A stretch of DNA of 37,355 nucleotides from Acidobacteriota bacterium (GTDB lineage: Bacteria; Acidobacteriota; Terriglobia; Bryobacterales; JACQDG01), in assembly GCA_016201185.1 (NCBI GenBank), contig JACQDG010000224.1:1-37355 (forward strand), written 5' to 3'. Of this stretch, positions 19,366 to 27,813 are shown piece after piece. Under the pieces are notes generated by a model. That model made no database searches and was not told the DNA's origin. It saw nothing but the letters and a program-made list of their open reading frames with translations. Position 1 is the stretch's first letter, and every line of letters begins with the position of its first letter. The translations under genes were made by a program, and so were the position numbers.

Positions 19366-21549
19366 TTAACGATTGATTTCCAACAGCAGTTTCTGGGCCG
19401 GTCGATAGCCGGGAGCGGCTTCCAGCGCCTCCAGCAGGTGTTCGCGGGTCTTCTCGCGGTCCTGTAACTGGTAATAGGCACGGGCCAGGTTGTAGTGGGC
19501 CCCTGCCGGATCGATCGGCTTCAGCGCCAGCAGGGATTCGAGCTCGCGCACCGCCCGCTGCGCCTGTTTTTCCTCCAGCAGCAGATCGCCCAGCCGGGCC
19601 AGCAATTCTTCGTCCCCGGGGAAGATCCACAGCAATTGCCCCAGCACATGGATGGCGTCGTCTCGGCGCCCCAGTTCGCTGTCCAGCGCGGCGAGTTTCT
19701 TCAGCGCCCGCGGGCTGCGGCCCCCGGCGACCCGGTAGCGCTCCTGCTCCCGGGCCGCACCCTCCTTGTCGCCGGCGGCCAGCATCGCCTCGGCCAGGAT
19801 CTCGTAAGCGTTGCCCGGCTCGACGTAGTCGGGGTACAGGTCCCGGGCGCGGCGGGCCGGCTCCATCACTTCGGCAAACTTTTTCTCCCGCGCCAGCCGG
19901 ACCACGTTCTCCATCAGCTTGCGCCACTCCGGCTCAAAGGAGGTTACCACCTTTTCCGTGCGGGCGCGCAGGAACTCGGCGAATTCCTTGTCGAACTCGG
20001 CGGCCTTCAGGCCCAGCGCCTGCTCGAACACTTCTTCGGTGCCACGCCCTGCGCTGTAAGCGTCGAGCATGGCCAGCAACTTAGGAAAGCCCCACTTCGA
20101 AGCCACCAACTCGCAAATGGCCCCGGCCTGGAAGTAAGAGACGGGGACCTGCGCGGGGTAGGTGGGCCGCACGAAACCGCGGTCCAGCTCCGCCACGGGC
20201 AGCAGCTTCTTGTTCTTGATGGCCAGAATCACGTCGGGGGTCATGCGATCGCCCCATCCTTCGCCGGCCAGCGTTTCCTCGTAGACCGACAGGCCTTCGC
20301 TCAGCCAGCGCGGCGCTTTGTGGTGCGTTCGTTCCAGAACGAATACGTGGCAAAGCTCGTGCCACAGCGTGCTCCCCCAGTGGAAGCTGCCGGGCGGCCG
20401 CGCCGAAGGGCTATCCATCGCCACTACATAGCCGAACGTCACCCCCAGGGCCCCCAGCCCCGGCATGCCCATGGTGCGCACGGCGAAGTCCTCGTGGTCC
20501 GGGTACATCTCCAATTGCACCGGCTGCGCGGGGGTGAAGCCGTATTTCACCCGGTAGGTCTCGATGGCCTTCCCCAGCAGTTCTTCCACGTAGGGACGCA
20601 GCAGATCGGCCTCCTTCTCTTGCAGCTTGAGTACCATCCGGGGCGAGGAAAAGGTCTTGAAGCGCTTCAGGCTGTCCATCAGGCGCAGGGAGTTGACCGT
20701 GACAGCACTGTAAGGGTCGCCGCGGTAGGCGGTCTCCAGGTGCCGGCGCGCCTCGGCCTCCTCGCCCAGCCTCCACAGGTTCACGCCAAGCTGCGCGTGG
20801 GCGTCCCAGAGCTCCGGGTCGAGCGCGACGGCCTGGCGGTAAAGCCCGACCGCCTCTTTGTATCTCCTGGTGATCACGAAGAAGCGAGCCGGGATGGAAT
20901 AGACCTCGCCGTAGGTCGGGTTGTAGGCTAGCGCCTTGGTCACCCATTCGCTCGAGGAGCGGCCGGCTAAAAAATCGATGGCAGCCTTGAGAGCATAGGC
21001 CTGGAGCGGACAACCTTTGGTGGCCAAAGCGCGGTCCAGGTGCTCGACGGCTTCCTTGGGGTCTTCCTCTTCCAGGGCGAGGGAGGCCAGCAGGTCGTGC
21101 GCCTCAGTGAGGTCGGGCCTGAGTTTCAGCGCCTGATTGGCCTGCTCGACGGCGGCGCTTTCAAAACCTTCCGAGGCAACCAGGGCCAGGCCCAAGTGGG
21201 CTTCGGCGCTTTGCGGGTCGATTCCGAGCGCCTCCTGAAACAATTTCGAGGCCTCGGCTCGGTTGTAGGTCTCGAGAAACAGCCGGCCCCAGGCGACGCG
21301 CGCCGCGGCGTCCTTGGGACGCATCGCCACCGCCGCGCGAAAGCTCTCGTTGGCCCGCTTGCGGTCGCCGAGCTTCCAGTAGGCTTCGGCCTGCCGGCGC
21401 GCATCAGCTTCCGCTTCGAGCATAGCGCGATAGCAGCGGCGGGCCTCGGCCCTGCGCCCGTGCTCCTGGTGTTCGCGGCAGGCTTCGAGCGCCGGCTCGG
21501 CAGTCAGGGGCCAGGCGAGCAGAAGCGCCAGGGGGAGAAATCTTCTCAC
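19366..21549 (-). CDS. secreted TPR protein with central peptidase MA-like (HExxH) domain
   Basis: Signal peptide; TPR repeats at both ends; LWHELCHVF…PRWLSEGLSVYE gluzincin motif. Confidence 0.88.
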   Translation of the reverse strand: MRRFLPLALLLAWPLTAEPALEACREHQEHGRRAEARRCYRAMLEAEADARRQAEAYWKLGDRKRANESFRAAVAMRPKDAAARVAWGRLFLETYNRAEASKLFQEALGIDPQSAEAHLGLALVASEGFESAAVEQANQALKLRPDLTEAHDLLASLALEEEDPKEAVEHLDRALATKGCPLQAYALKAAIDFLAGRSSSEWVTKALAYNPTYGEVYSIPARFFVITRRYKEAVGLYRQAVALDPELWDAHAQLGVNLWRLGEEAEARRHLETAYRGDPYSAVTVNSLRLMDSLKRFKTFSSPRMVLKLQEKEADLLRPYVEELLGKAIETYRVKYGFTPAQPVQLEMYPDHEDFAVRTMGMPGLGALGVTFGYVVAMDSPSARPPGSFHWGSTLWHELCHVFVLERTHHKAPRWLSEGLSVYEETLAGEGWGDRMTPDVILAIKNKKLLPVAELDRGFVRPTYPAQVPVSYFQAGAICELVASKWGFPKLLAMLDAYSAGRGTEEVFEQALGLKAAEFDKEFAEFLRARTEKVVTSFEPEWRKLMENVVRLAREKKFAEVMEPARRARDLYPDYVEPGNAYEILAEAMLAAGDKEGAAREQERYRVAGGRSPRALKKLAALDSELGRRDDAIHVLGQLLWIFPGDEELLARLGDLLLEEKQAQRAVRELESLLALKPIDPAGAHYNLARAYYQLQDREKTREHLLEALEAAPGYRPAQKLLLEINR

Positions 21550-22481
21550 GGGGTGGTTTGCTTCCCTCCAGCCGCCTCGATGGCGTCCTCGACGCGCGCC
21601 AGCTCCAGCAACAGCCGCTCCAGTTCCTTTTTGTACTGCTCGGCCGGCAGCGCGGATTTCTTGTACTTGAGGGCGTCGATCTGCTGCTCCAGGCCCTCCC
21701 GCCGGGCCAGCATCTTCCGGCGGGCCGGGTCGGTGGCCGCCACCGCTGCGCTTCCCAGCCGCGCCAGCACGAAGCTTGCGGCGAGCTTTCCTTCCAGGCG
21801 CGGATGCTCCGTGGCAAGGCGCTTCTGGTCGGCATAGAAGCGTTTCACCTTCTCCTCCGCGTACCGGAATGCCTCCAGCGCGGAAATGCTTTCGTTCTTA
21901 TCGGCGTCCGCCGCCGGGTCCCGCAGCGCTTCCACCCAGTAGCGGGCGAAGACCGTGGCGTTGCGCTCGGTGCCGGAGCGGGTGGCCGTCACCACGATCC
22001 GGTTCTCCCGCGCCAGCACTTCGGCGCACACGCCGCTGGAGCTTGTGGCGTTCACGACCAGTTGGCGGCCGGCCGGGATGCGGTCCAGCAAGCCGCGTAG
22101 CTCCTCCCCGGTCACGTCGGGGCCCGGAATGTTGAACTTGTAGGTAGTCCCGTCGAAAGTACCGTGGCCGATGAGAAAGACCGCCAGAGAATCGGCGGGA
22201 GTGGTCGCGCGGGCCAGGCTATCCAAAGCAGCCTGAATGGCCTGCTTCGTAGCCGTTTTTCCGGAGAGGGTCGTCACCCGCGCCGGATCACCGGCTGCTG
22301 AGCGGCAGATTTGCTCCAGGTCTTTGACGTAGGCCGCAAAACGCTGCTCGTAATCCGGCTCTCCTCCCAGCCCCCCCACGATCAAGAAATAGGTGGCGCC
22401 CGTCTGGGCCCGTAGGGCCGGAGCAACCAGCACAAGGAAAGCTGCCATCAACCACTTATGCTTTTGGACCTCGGTCCTCAC
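21546..22481 (-). CDS. secreted caspase/C13-like-fold hypothetical protein
   Basis: GTG start overlapping the upstream stop (GTGA); signal peptide …PALRA; IVGGLGG, FLIGHG, VNATSSSG, DADKN..IS..EAF. Confidence 0.75.
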   Translation of the reverse strand: MRTEVQKHKWLMAAFLVLVAPALRAQTGATYFLIVGGLGGEPDYEQRFAAYVKDLEQICRSAAGDPARVTTLSGKTATKQAIQAALDSLARATTPADSLAVFLIGHGTFDGTTYKFNIPGPDVTGEELRGLLDRIPAGRQLVVNATSSSGVCAEVLARENRIVVTATRSGTERNATVFARYWVEALRDPAADADKNESISALEAFRYAEEKVKRFYADQKRLATEHPRLEGKLAASFVLARLGSAAVAATDPARRKMLARREGLEQQIDALKYKKSALPAEQYKKELERLLLELARVEDAIEAAGGKQTTP

Positions 22482-24718
22482 ACCGCCCCCCACTTCCGGC
22501 GCAGGAGCCATTCCGCGGCCCGAATGCCCAGGATCAGCAGGAAAACAGCGGGCATATCCCACAGATCTCTTGTCTCCCGCGTCGTGATGCCCGCTGCGGA
22601 GAAGGGCAGCTCCTTGGCCAGCCGGCCCACTTCTTCCAGCTTCCAGTAGCGGCCGCCGGTCTGCTGGGCGATCTTCTGGAGCAGCTCGCGGTTCTGCTCG
22701 GGATGGAAATTTTCCGCCACGCCGTCTTCCCGATGAAACACAAGAGTCTCGCGCCCCAGTTCCTCCTCGGTGCGGTGCGCCACCACTTCCGCCCGATAGG
22801 AACCGGTCTTTTCTGCGGTGAGTTCCCCTTCGTAGATTCCTTCCTGGTCGGGCGAAGGATGGAGCTCGAGTGTCGAGGATCGGCCGTCCTCCCCGGTGAC
22901 GGTGGCCACCACGGTGGCATTGTTGGCTGGCTCGTATGTCTTGGTGCGAACCTCGGCGCGCAGTTTCACTCGCGTTTCATCGGCGTAGACGAGGCGATCG
23001 GACGTCACCGTGACCGGTCCGGGCGTCGAAGCGACCAGGCTGCGCAGCAACTGCTGCCAGAAGGTGGCGTGCGTGGTGTCCTTGTGGTCCAGGCGCATGC
23101 GCCAGCGCCAGCTTCCGCCGGTGGCGAATACCATGGTGAGGCCCCGTCCGTAATTCTCCAGCGCCAGCATGGGAATGGAACGGCTGCCGGGCAGCAGGGC
23201 GTTGACCCAGGCCACGGCGCCGGGCTTCAGGTCGCCGGTCGTTTGGTAATCGGCCAGGTCCGGCAGCTTGGCCCAGCGCGCGGCGTTCTTCTCGGGATCC
23301 TCTTCCAGCCGGCAGACCAGCGACTCCCGCCCCTGTGGGGTCAGCTCGACCTTCACCGGCTGGCGATGGAAGGTCCCGCTGCCGGGCGAGATCCGAACCG
23401 GCAAGATCTCCGCCAGCGAAGAGCTGGCCCACCCGCCGTCGCCGAAAGAGCGCCGGCCGCCCAGAAACAGCACTGCTCCACCCCGCCGGTTTACGAACTC
23501 GCGGATCAGGTCCTGTTGGGCCGGAGTGAAAAAGTTCGCTTCCACCGTGCCGATGATGAGCGCCTGGTAGTCGAACAGCTCGGCAGCGGTGGTGGGAAAA
23601 CCTTCGGCCAGGGTTTTTTCGCTTTCCACGCCCTGGCGGTAGAACTTGTTGCCTGTCGTGCGCAGTAAACTGACGAGGTGGATGCTGGGATCTTCCTCAG
23701 CCGCGCGCCGGATGAATTTGAATTCCCACCGCGGCTCTCCTTCTAGATACAAGATGCGCCGCCTGCCGGAGGGAACCTCGACCAGCCGGGTGAGCACATT
23801 ATTGCCGGTTATCTCTTCGCCCGGCAGCGGATCGACGGCAATGGTGAGGCGGCGCAGCCCTGGATCGCCCGACTGAAAAACGAGAACTTCATTCTGCACG
23901 CCCTGCCGGGCGCGTAACTCGACTTCCCGGGCCGCCAGGATCTTGCTCCCTTCCCGGATCGACAGCCGCGCCTTTTCCCCGTCGAGCCCGTGGTGGCGCA
24001 AGGTGAGCCGGGCGTTCAACCGCGAGCCGGGCAGCGCGCGCGCCGGTATCGCTACTTCAGCCAGTTCCACGTCGCGCGGGATGTCGGTGCGGCCCACGCC
24101 GACCGCGTGCACCGGGATCCGCCGCTGGCGGATCTCGGCCATCAGGGTCCGGTCCACCCCTCCGGCGTTGTCCGAGCCGTCGGAGAACAGCACTACGCCC
24201 CCCACCGGCAGCGTGCTGGTTTCCCGCAGCACTCCGGCCAGAGACTCTCCCAGCCGTGTGGCGTTTCCGCCGGCCGCCAATTGTGAGGCCCCGTCCACCC
24301 GCCCGGCGTGGGAGGAAAAGCCGTATAGTCGCACTTGGAACCGGTTCTGCAGCTCCCGCATCCAGCCGTTGGAGAGGGCCTGCTGCACCTTTTCCAGGCG
24401 CGACTGATCGCTCTCCTTGAGATTCATGCTCTTCGAGGTGTCCACCAGGACAGCGATGACGTTCTGTTGAGGCCGTAGAGCATCCACGCGCACAGCCGGT
24501 CGCCACAACAGCGCCAGCAGCAGCGCCGCTAACGCCGTCTCGAATCCCCAGATCAGAGCGCGTCGCAGCCCTGGAAGCTTCTCCCGCCGCTGCTGGATAT
24601 GCCAGCCCAGCCCTGCCGCCGCGGCGGCGATCAACCCGACCAGCCAGCCCCATCCCCAGCCGCTGAGAAAGACAAATTGCCCCTTTTCAAAAACGGCGGG
24701 CGGATACTTGAACAGGAA
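22478..24718 (-). CDS. membrane protein with vWA and glutamine-amidotransferase-like domains; native start unclear
   Basis: FLFKYP N-terminus, two TM helices, VDTSKSM, LFSDG, YLEGEPRWEFKFIRR, C-terminal EWLLRRKWG. The nearest in-frame ATG (24778) lies inside an opposite-strand ORF. Confidence 0.82.
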   Translation of the reverse strand, partial: FLFKYPPAVFEKGQFVFLSGWGWGWLVGLIAAAAAGLGWHIQQRREKLPGLRRALIWGFETALAALLLALLWRPAVRVDALRPQQNVIAVLVDTSKSMNLKESDQSRLEKVQQALSNGWMRELQNRFQVRLYGFSSHAGRVDGASQLAAGGNATRLGESLAGVLRETSTLPVGGVVLFSDGSDNAGGVDRTLMAEIRQRRIPVHAVGVGRTDIPRDVELAEVAIPARALPGSRLNARLTLRHHGLDGEKARLSIREGSKILAAREVELRARQGVQNEVLVFQSGDPGLRRLTIAVDPLPGEEITGNNVLTRLVEVPSGRRRILYLEGEPRWEFKFIRRAAEEDPSIHLVSLLRTTGNKFYRQGVESEKTLAEGFPTTAAELFDYQALIIGTVEANFFTPAQQDLIREFVNRRGGAVLFLGGRRSFGDGGWASSSLAEILPVRISPGSGTFHRQPVKVELTPQGRESLVCRLEEDPEKNAARWAKLPDLADYQTTGDLKPGAVAWVNALLPGSRSIPMLALENYGRGLTMVFATGGSWRWRMRLDHKDTTHATFWQQLLRSLVASTPGPVTVTSDRLVYADETRVKLRAEVRTKTYEPANNATVVATVTGEDGRSSTLELHPSPDQEGIYEGELTAEKTGSYRAEVVAHRTEEELGRETLVFHREDGVAENFHPEQNRELLQKIAQQTGGRYWKLEEVGRLAKELPFSAAGITTRETRDLWDMPAVFLLILGIRAAEWLLRRKWGAV

Positions 24719-24899
24719 CGAAATGGCCCGCGTCTCGCCGAAGCATTTGTTGAAAGATGGACGTATCGGAAATGACATTGATACGGATTATTTTCTGGCC
24801 TTCGGTGAGGGCCGGTTCACCTTTGTAGGGGTTAACTATTGCCCGTTCTGCGGGCGTGCGCTGTCGCGTGGCCTTTGGAACCAGGAAAAGAAGAAGTGA
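24708..24899 (+). CDS. small hypothetical protein with CPFC motif, possibly 5'-truncated
   Basis: …GVNYCPFCGRALSRGLWNQEKKK looks like half of a Zn site; start is TTG 24708 or ATG 24723. Confidence 0.6.
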   Translation: MNRNEMARVSPKHLLKDGRIGNDIDTDYFLAFGEGRFTFVGVNYCPFCGRALSRGLWNQEKKK

Positions 24900-24935
24900 T
24901 CGCGGGACGCCGCGACGTAGGCTGCGCCCGGCCAT

Positions 24936-25808
24936 CTATGGGGCGCAAGCCTCCACCATTTCCTTTAGCCGCGCCGCGCACATGCGGCTCCCTTCCTCTT
25001 TGCGGCCGCCCGGGCCGCCCCAGTGGGTCTCCAGGCTGATCGCTCCGCGATAGCCATCGCGCGCCAGCGCCTGGATCTGGCCCCTCCAATCTATGTCCCC
25101 TTCTCCCAGCGGTCCCCACGTGACGCGGTCTCCGGCGGGGTCTCGCAACCCGTCCTTCGCGTGGACGTGAATAATCCGGGAGGCGGACAGCAAGGAATAA
25201 CCGTGTGGAAACGGGGACTCGCCGGCCATATAAGCGTTTCCGGGGTCCCAGACCAGGCCTAAGCCCGGTTCGTTGAGCGCGCGCAGCAAGGGCGCCGCTT
25301 CCTCTGCGGTGGCGATGTTGCAGGCGTGCTCGTTTTCCAGCCCGATGCGCAGGCCGTAGCCGGCGGCCCGATCCACCGCCCTGGCCAGAGACTCGACGAT
25401 ACGGCCGAACAGCCGCTGCGGCTCCACGCTCCGCCAAAAGCTGAAGACGCGCACCAGCCCGGCCCCCAGCGCCGCCGCCACCTCGAGGGATCGCTCCAGG
25501 ATGCGCGCCTGATCGGCAAACGCGTGGGCCGAGTGGAACGCGTCCTGCTCAAAGCGATGGTCGATCGCTCCCCCTTCGGGATGCGTGCATTTGAACACCG
25601 GCGAGGCGATGGAGAGGATCCGCAGGCCGGCTTGGTCGGCGGCGCGGCGCAGGCGGGCGGTCTCGTCATCGCTCATGTCCGCGATGTTCTTATCCCACGC
25701 CGTGCGCACCTCCAGGCCCGCGAAGCCCAGTTCGACGGCAATTGCTGCCGCGCGTTCGAAGTCCTGGCAGAATTCGTCGGTGATAAGAGCCAGAGGAAAG
25801 CGTCCCAT
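24936..25808 (-). CDS. sugar phosphate isomerase/epimerase (xylose-isomerase-like TIM barrel)
   Basis: ITDE, LENEH, WDPGN, HVHAKD, G.G.ID, ISLETH metal ligands. Confidence 0.9.
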   Translation of the reverse strand: MGRFPLALITDEFCQDFERAAAIAVELGFAGLEVRTAWDKNIADMSDDETARLRRAADQAGLRILSIASPVFKCTHPEGGAIDHRFEQDAFHSAHAFADQARILERSLEVAAALGAGLVRVFSFWRSVEPQRLFGRIVESLARAVDRAAGYGLRIGLENEHACNIATAEEAAPLLRALNEPGLGLVWDPGNAYMAGESPFPHGYSLLSASRIIHVHAKDGLRDPAGDRVTWGPLGEGDIDWRGQIQALARDGYRGAISLETHWGGPGGRKEEGSRMCAARLKEMVEACAP

Positions 25809-25851
25809 GGGGCAGACAGATCATGATACCAGCGGGGAGGACGGCCTTCTA

Positions 25852-25881
25852 AGCCGCGTTTATCTGTGTTCCTCTGCGGTT
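25852..25881 (-). repeat. degenerate 3x10-bp repeat element forming the 3' end of the activator gene
   Basis: Plus strand AGCCGCGTTT/ATCTGTGTTC/CTCTGCGGTT; same pattern as 33546-33575. Confidence 0.55.
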
Positions 25882-27281
25882 CCCGATTCCTGCCGGATTT
25901 TTTTCAGTTTTTCCAGGAGGGTGGTGCGCTTCAGGCGAAGGATCTGCGCTGCCTGGCTGCGGTTGCCCTGCGTGTGCTCGAGCACCCGCAGGATCAGGTC
26001 CTTCTCAAACTCGTTCATCATCCCCTTGAAGTCCAGTTCCGGGCCGGAACGGGGAGCCGGCCCCGAGAGACCGGGCAGGCCGCGGGACGGCGGGAAGTCG
26101 GCCAACGCCACTTCGCTCTGGTCCTGGCTTCGGATGACGGCGATCTCCACCGCGTGCTCCAGTTCCCGGATGTTGCCCGGCCACGGGCGGGCCATCAGAT
26201 CGGCCTCCGCTGAGTGGGGCAGCCGCTTGGCGGGCAGGTTGTCCCGCCGGCAGAATTTCTCGAGAAAATGCGCAATGAAAAGGGAGATATCCTCCCGCCG
26301 CTCCCGCAGCGGCGGCAAGTGAATGGGGAACACGTTGATGCGGTAAAAAAGATCTTCGCGGAAGCGCCCCTCGGCTACTCGTTTCCACAGATCGACATTC
26401 GTGGCGGCGATCACCCGGACGTCCAGCTTGATGCTCTCCACCCCGCCCACGCGGTGGATCTCCCGTTCTTGCAGCACACGCAGCAGCTTCGGCTGCAACT
26501 CCAGGGGCAGATCCCCGATCTCGTCGAGAAAGATGGTGCTGCGGTGGGCCTGCTCGAAACGGCCCATGCGGGCCTGGTGAGCGTCGGTGAAGGCGCCGCG
26601 AACGTGCCCGAAAAACTCATCTTCGAGCAGCGTCGCCGGGATGCCGCCGCAGTTGACTGAAATCATGCGGAGCTTGCGCCGGTGAGAAAGCAAGTGGATA
26701 GCCTGGGAGATGCGCTCCTTTCCCGTGCCGGTCTCGCCGCTGATAAGCACGGTGGTGTTCTTGGGCGCCACCAGCCGCACCTGCGCCAGCACGCGCTGGA
26801 TGGCAGGGCTCGAGCCGATGATCAAGTCCTGGGGCAGTTGCGGCAAGGGCTGGTCCGGCGCCGGTTCGGCAGGGCCGCCCTGCTCGAGCGCGCGCTCGAT
26901 TTCCCCCAGCAGCCCTTCGGCTCGCACCGGCTGGGAGAGGAAATGGGCTCCGGCGCGCTTCAGGATTTCCACTGCCCGGCCCCAGCGCTCGGGGGAATTC
27001 AGAATGAATAGGGGGGCGGGCCGGTCGCCGTTTTGATCCGGCCGCAGCAGGCCCAGGAAAGCCTGCACCGGGTCCTCGAGGTCCTCGGATCCAAGGTCGG
27101 CTATGACCAGGTCCGGCGACGAGGTGACTAGTTCTTGAAAGGCCTCCTCGAGGGCCGGGGCGCGAAGGATGCGAAATCCCCTAGCCTCCAACTGAGTGTG
27201 CAGATCATCCTGTTGAGGACCAGCCGGACCTACCAACAGTATCTGGTACTGGCCTGTTTGATTCGAAGTGGCGGGAAACAT
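25860..27281 (-). CDS. sigma-54-dependent enhancer-binding protein, FleQ/FlrA-like, with degenerate receiver domain
   Basis: GETGTGKE, GAFTDA, FLDEIG, FREDLFYR, WPGNIREL, HTH KRTTLLEK. Start placed at MFPATS (uncertain). Confidence 0.9.
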   Translation of the reverse strand: MFPATSNQTGQYQILLVGPAGPQQDDLHTQLEARGFRILRAPALEEAFQELVTSSPDLVIADLGSEDLEDPVQAFLGLLRPDQNGDRPAPLFILNSPERWGRAVEILKRAGAHFLSQPVRAEGLLGEIERALEQGGPAEPAPDQPLPQLPQDLIIGSSPAIQRVLAQVRLVAPKNTTVLISGETGTGKERISQAIHLLSHRRKLRMISVNCGGIPATLLEDEFFGHVRGAFTDAHQARMGRFEQAHRSTIFLDEIGDLPLELQPKLLRVLQEREIHRVGGVESIKLDVRVIAATNVDLWKRVAEGRFREDLFYRINVFPIHLPPLRERREDISLFIAHFLEKFCRRDNLPAKRLPHSAEADLMARPWPGNIRELEHAVEIAVIRSQDQSEVALADFPPSRGLPGLSGPAPRSGPELDFKGMMNEFEKDLILRVLEHTQGNRSQAAQILRLKRTTLLEKLKKIRQESGTAEEHR

Positions 27282-27336
27282 TATCGTAGCCAGCTCCGAC
27301 TTTTCGTTCGGACATGACGGAGAATGCACGCCTTTC

Positions 27337-27350
27337 GCCAAAATTTCGAC
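27337..27350. promoter_or_regulatory. candidate FleQ-type box, activator-proximal (GCCAAAATTTCGAC)
   Basis: 14-bp pseudo-palindrome similar to the box at 27569. Confidence 0.45.
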
Positions 27351-27568
27351 GTTTTCTTCACAAAAGAAAAGAAACCACTTGGAAACACCAGCGGAGAAGC
27401 TTCGGCGACGTGTTTCCCGAATTGGAACGCGAAGAGCGGGACGTGCGTTCCAGAATGGAACCGCATTCCCCATTTTGTAACTTCGCCCGGTCGGCAATAA
27501 CACGGGAATGCTAGTCCCGGGTCGCTAGGCCGGACGCTTCGAAAGACATAGATATTCCGGCACTTTGC

Positions 27569-27582
27569 GTCAATTCTTCGAC
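27569..27582. promoter_or_regulatory. candidate FleQ-type enhancer box (GTCAATTCTTCGAC)
   Basis: GTC-N8-GAC with an AT-rich core, like the Pseudomonas FleQ consensus GTCaNTAAAtTGAC; about 100 bp upstream of the predicted sigma-54 start site. Confidence 0.55.
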
Positions 27583-27645
27583 AGGCTGGGCCGTTTTGCC
27601 TTTTCGATCAGCCTGAAAACAAAAGGGTCTATTTCCCTGTCCGAG

Positions 27646-27662
27646 CTGGTCAGTGTCGTGCA
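27646..27662 (+). promoter_or_regulatory. candidate sigma-54 (-24/-12) promoter for fliA
   Basis: CTGGTCAGTGTCGTGCA: GG(27648-49)-N10-GC(27660-61), with TGG and TGCA context; imperfect match to TGGCAC. Confidence 0.5.
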
Positions 27663-27666
27663 AGCA

Positions 27667-27746
27667 GAGCGTGGCGTCGGGTTGAAACTAAGCCAGGCCC
27701 GGCGAAGGCTTACGGGTCTCGGGCAAAAGCGACGGCCCGCCGCACC
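27667..27746 (+). ncRNA. structured leader RNA, candidate c-di-GMP-I (GEMM)-like riboswitch
   Basis: Hairpin CGTCGGG/CCCGGCG, linker AA, second hairpin GGC..ACGGGTCTC…GACGGCCCGCC resembling the GEMM P3 (CGGGUCU…GACAGCC); upstream of fliA. Confidence 0.4.
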
Positions 27747-27813
27747 ATCACCCGTTTGGCGAGCACGAAAGAAAGCGGCTGAGAAATCTCGAGCGGAGGC
27801 AGAGAAACCAGTC

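Noticed and set aside
19358-19927. N-terminal extension of MoxR in the ORF track
   Set aside because: Out-of-frame overlap with the TPR gene and A/G/R-rich junk composition; ATG 19357 fits operon spacing.
27557-27568. CCGGCAC-TTTGC as a sigma-54 promoter
   Set aside because: GG-to-GC spacing is far shorter than the required 10 nt.
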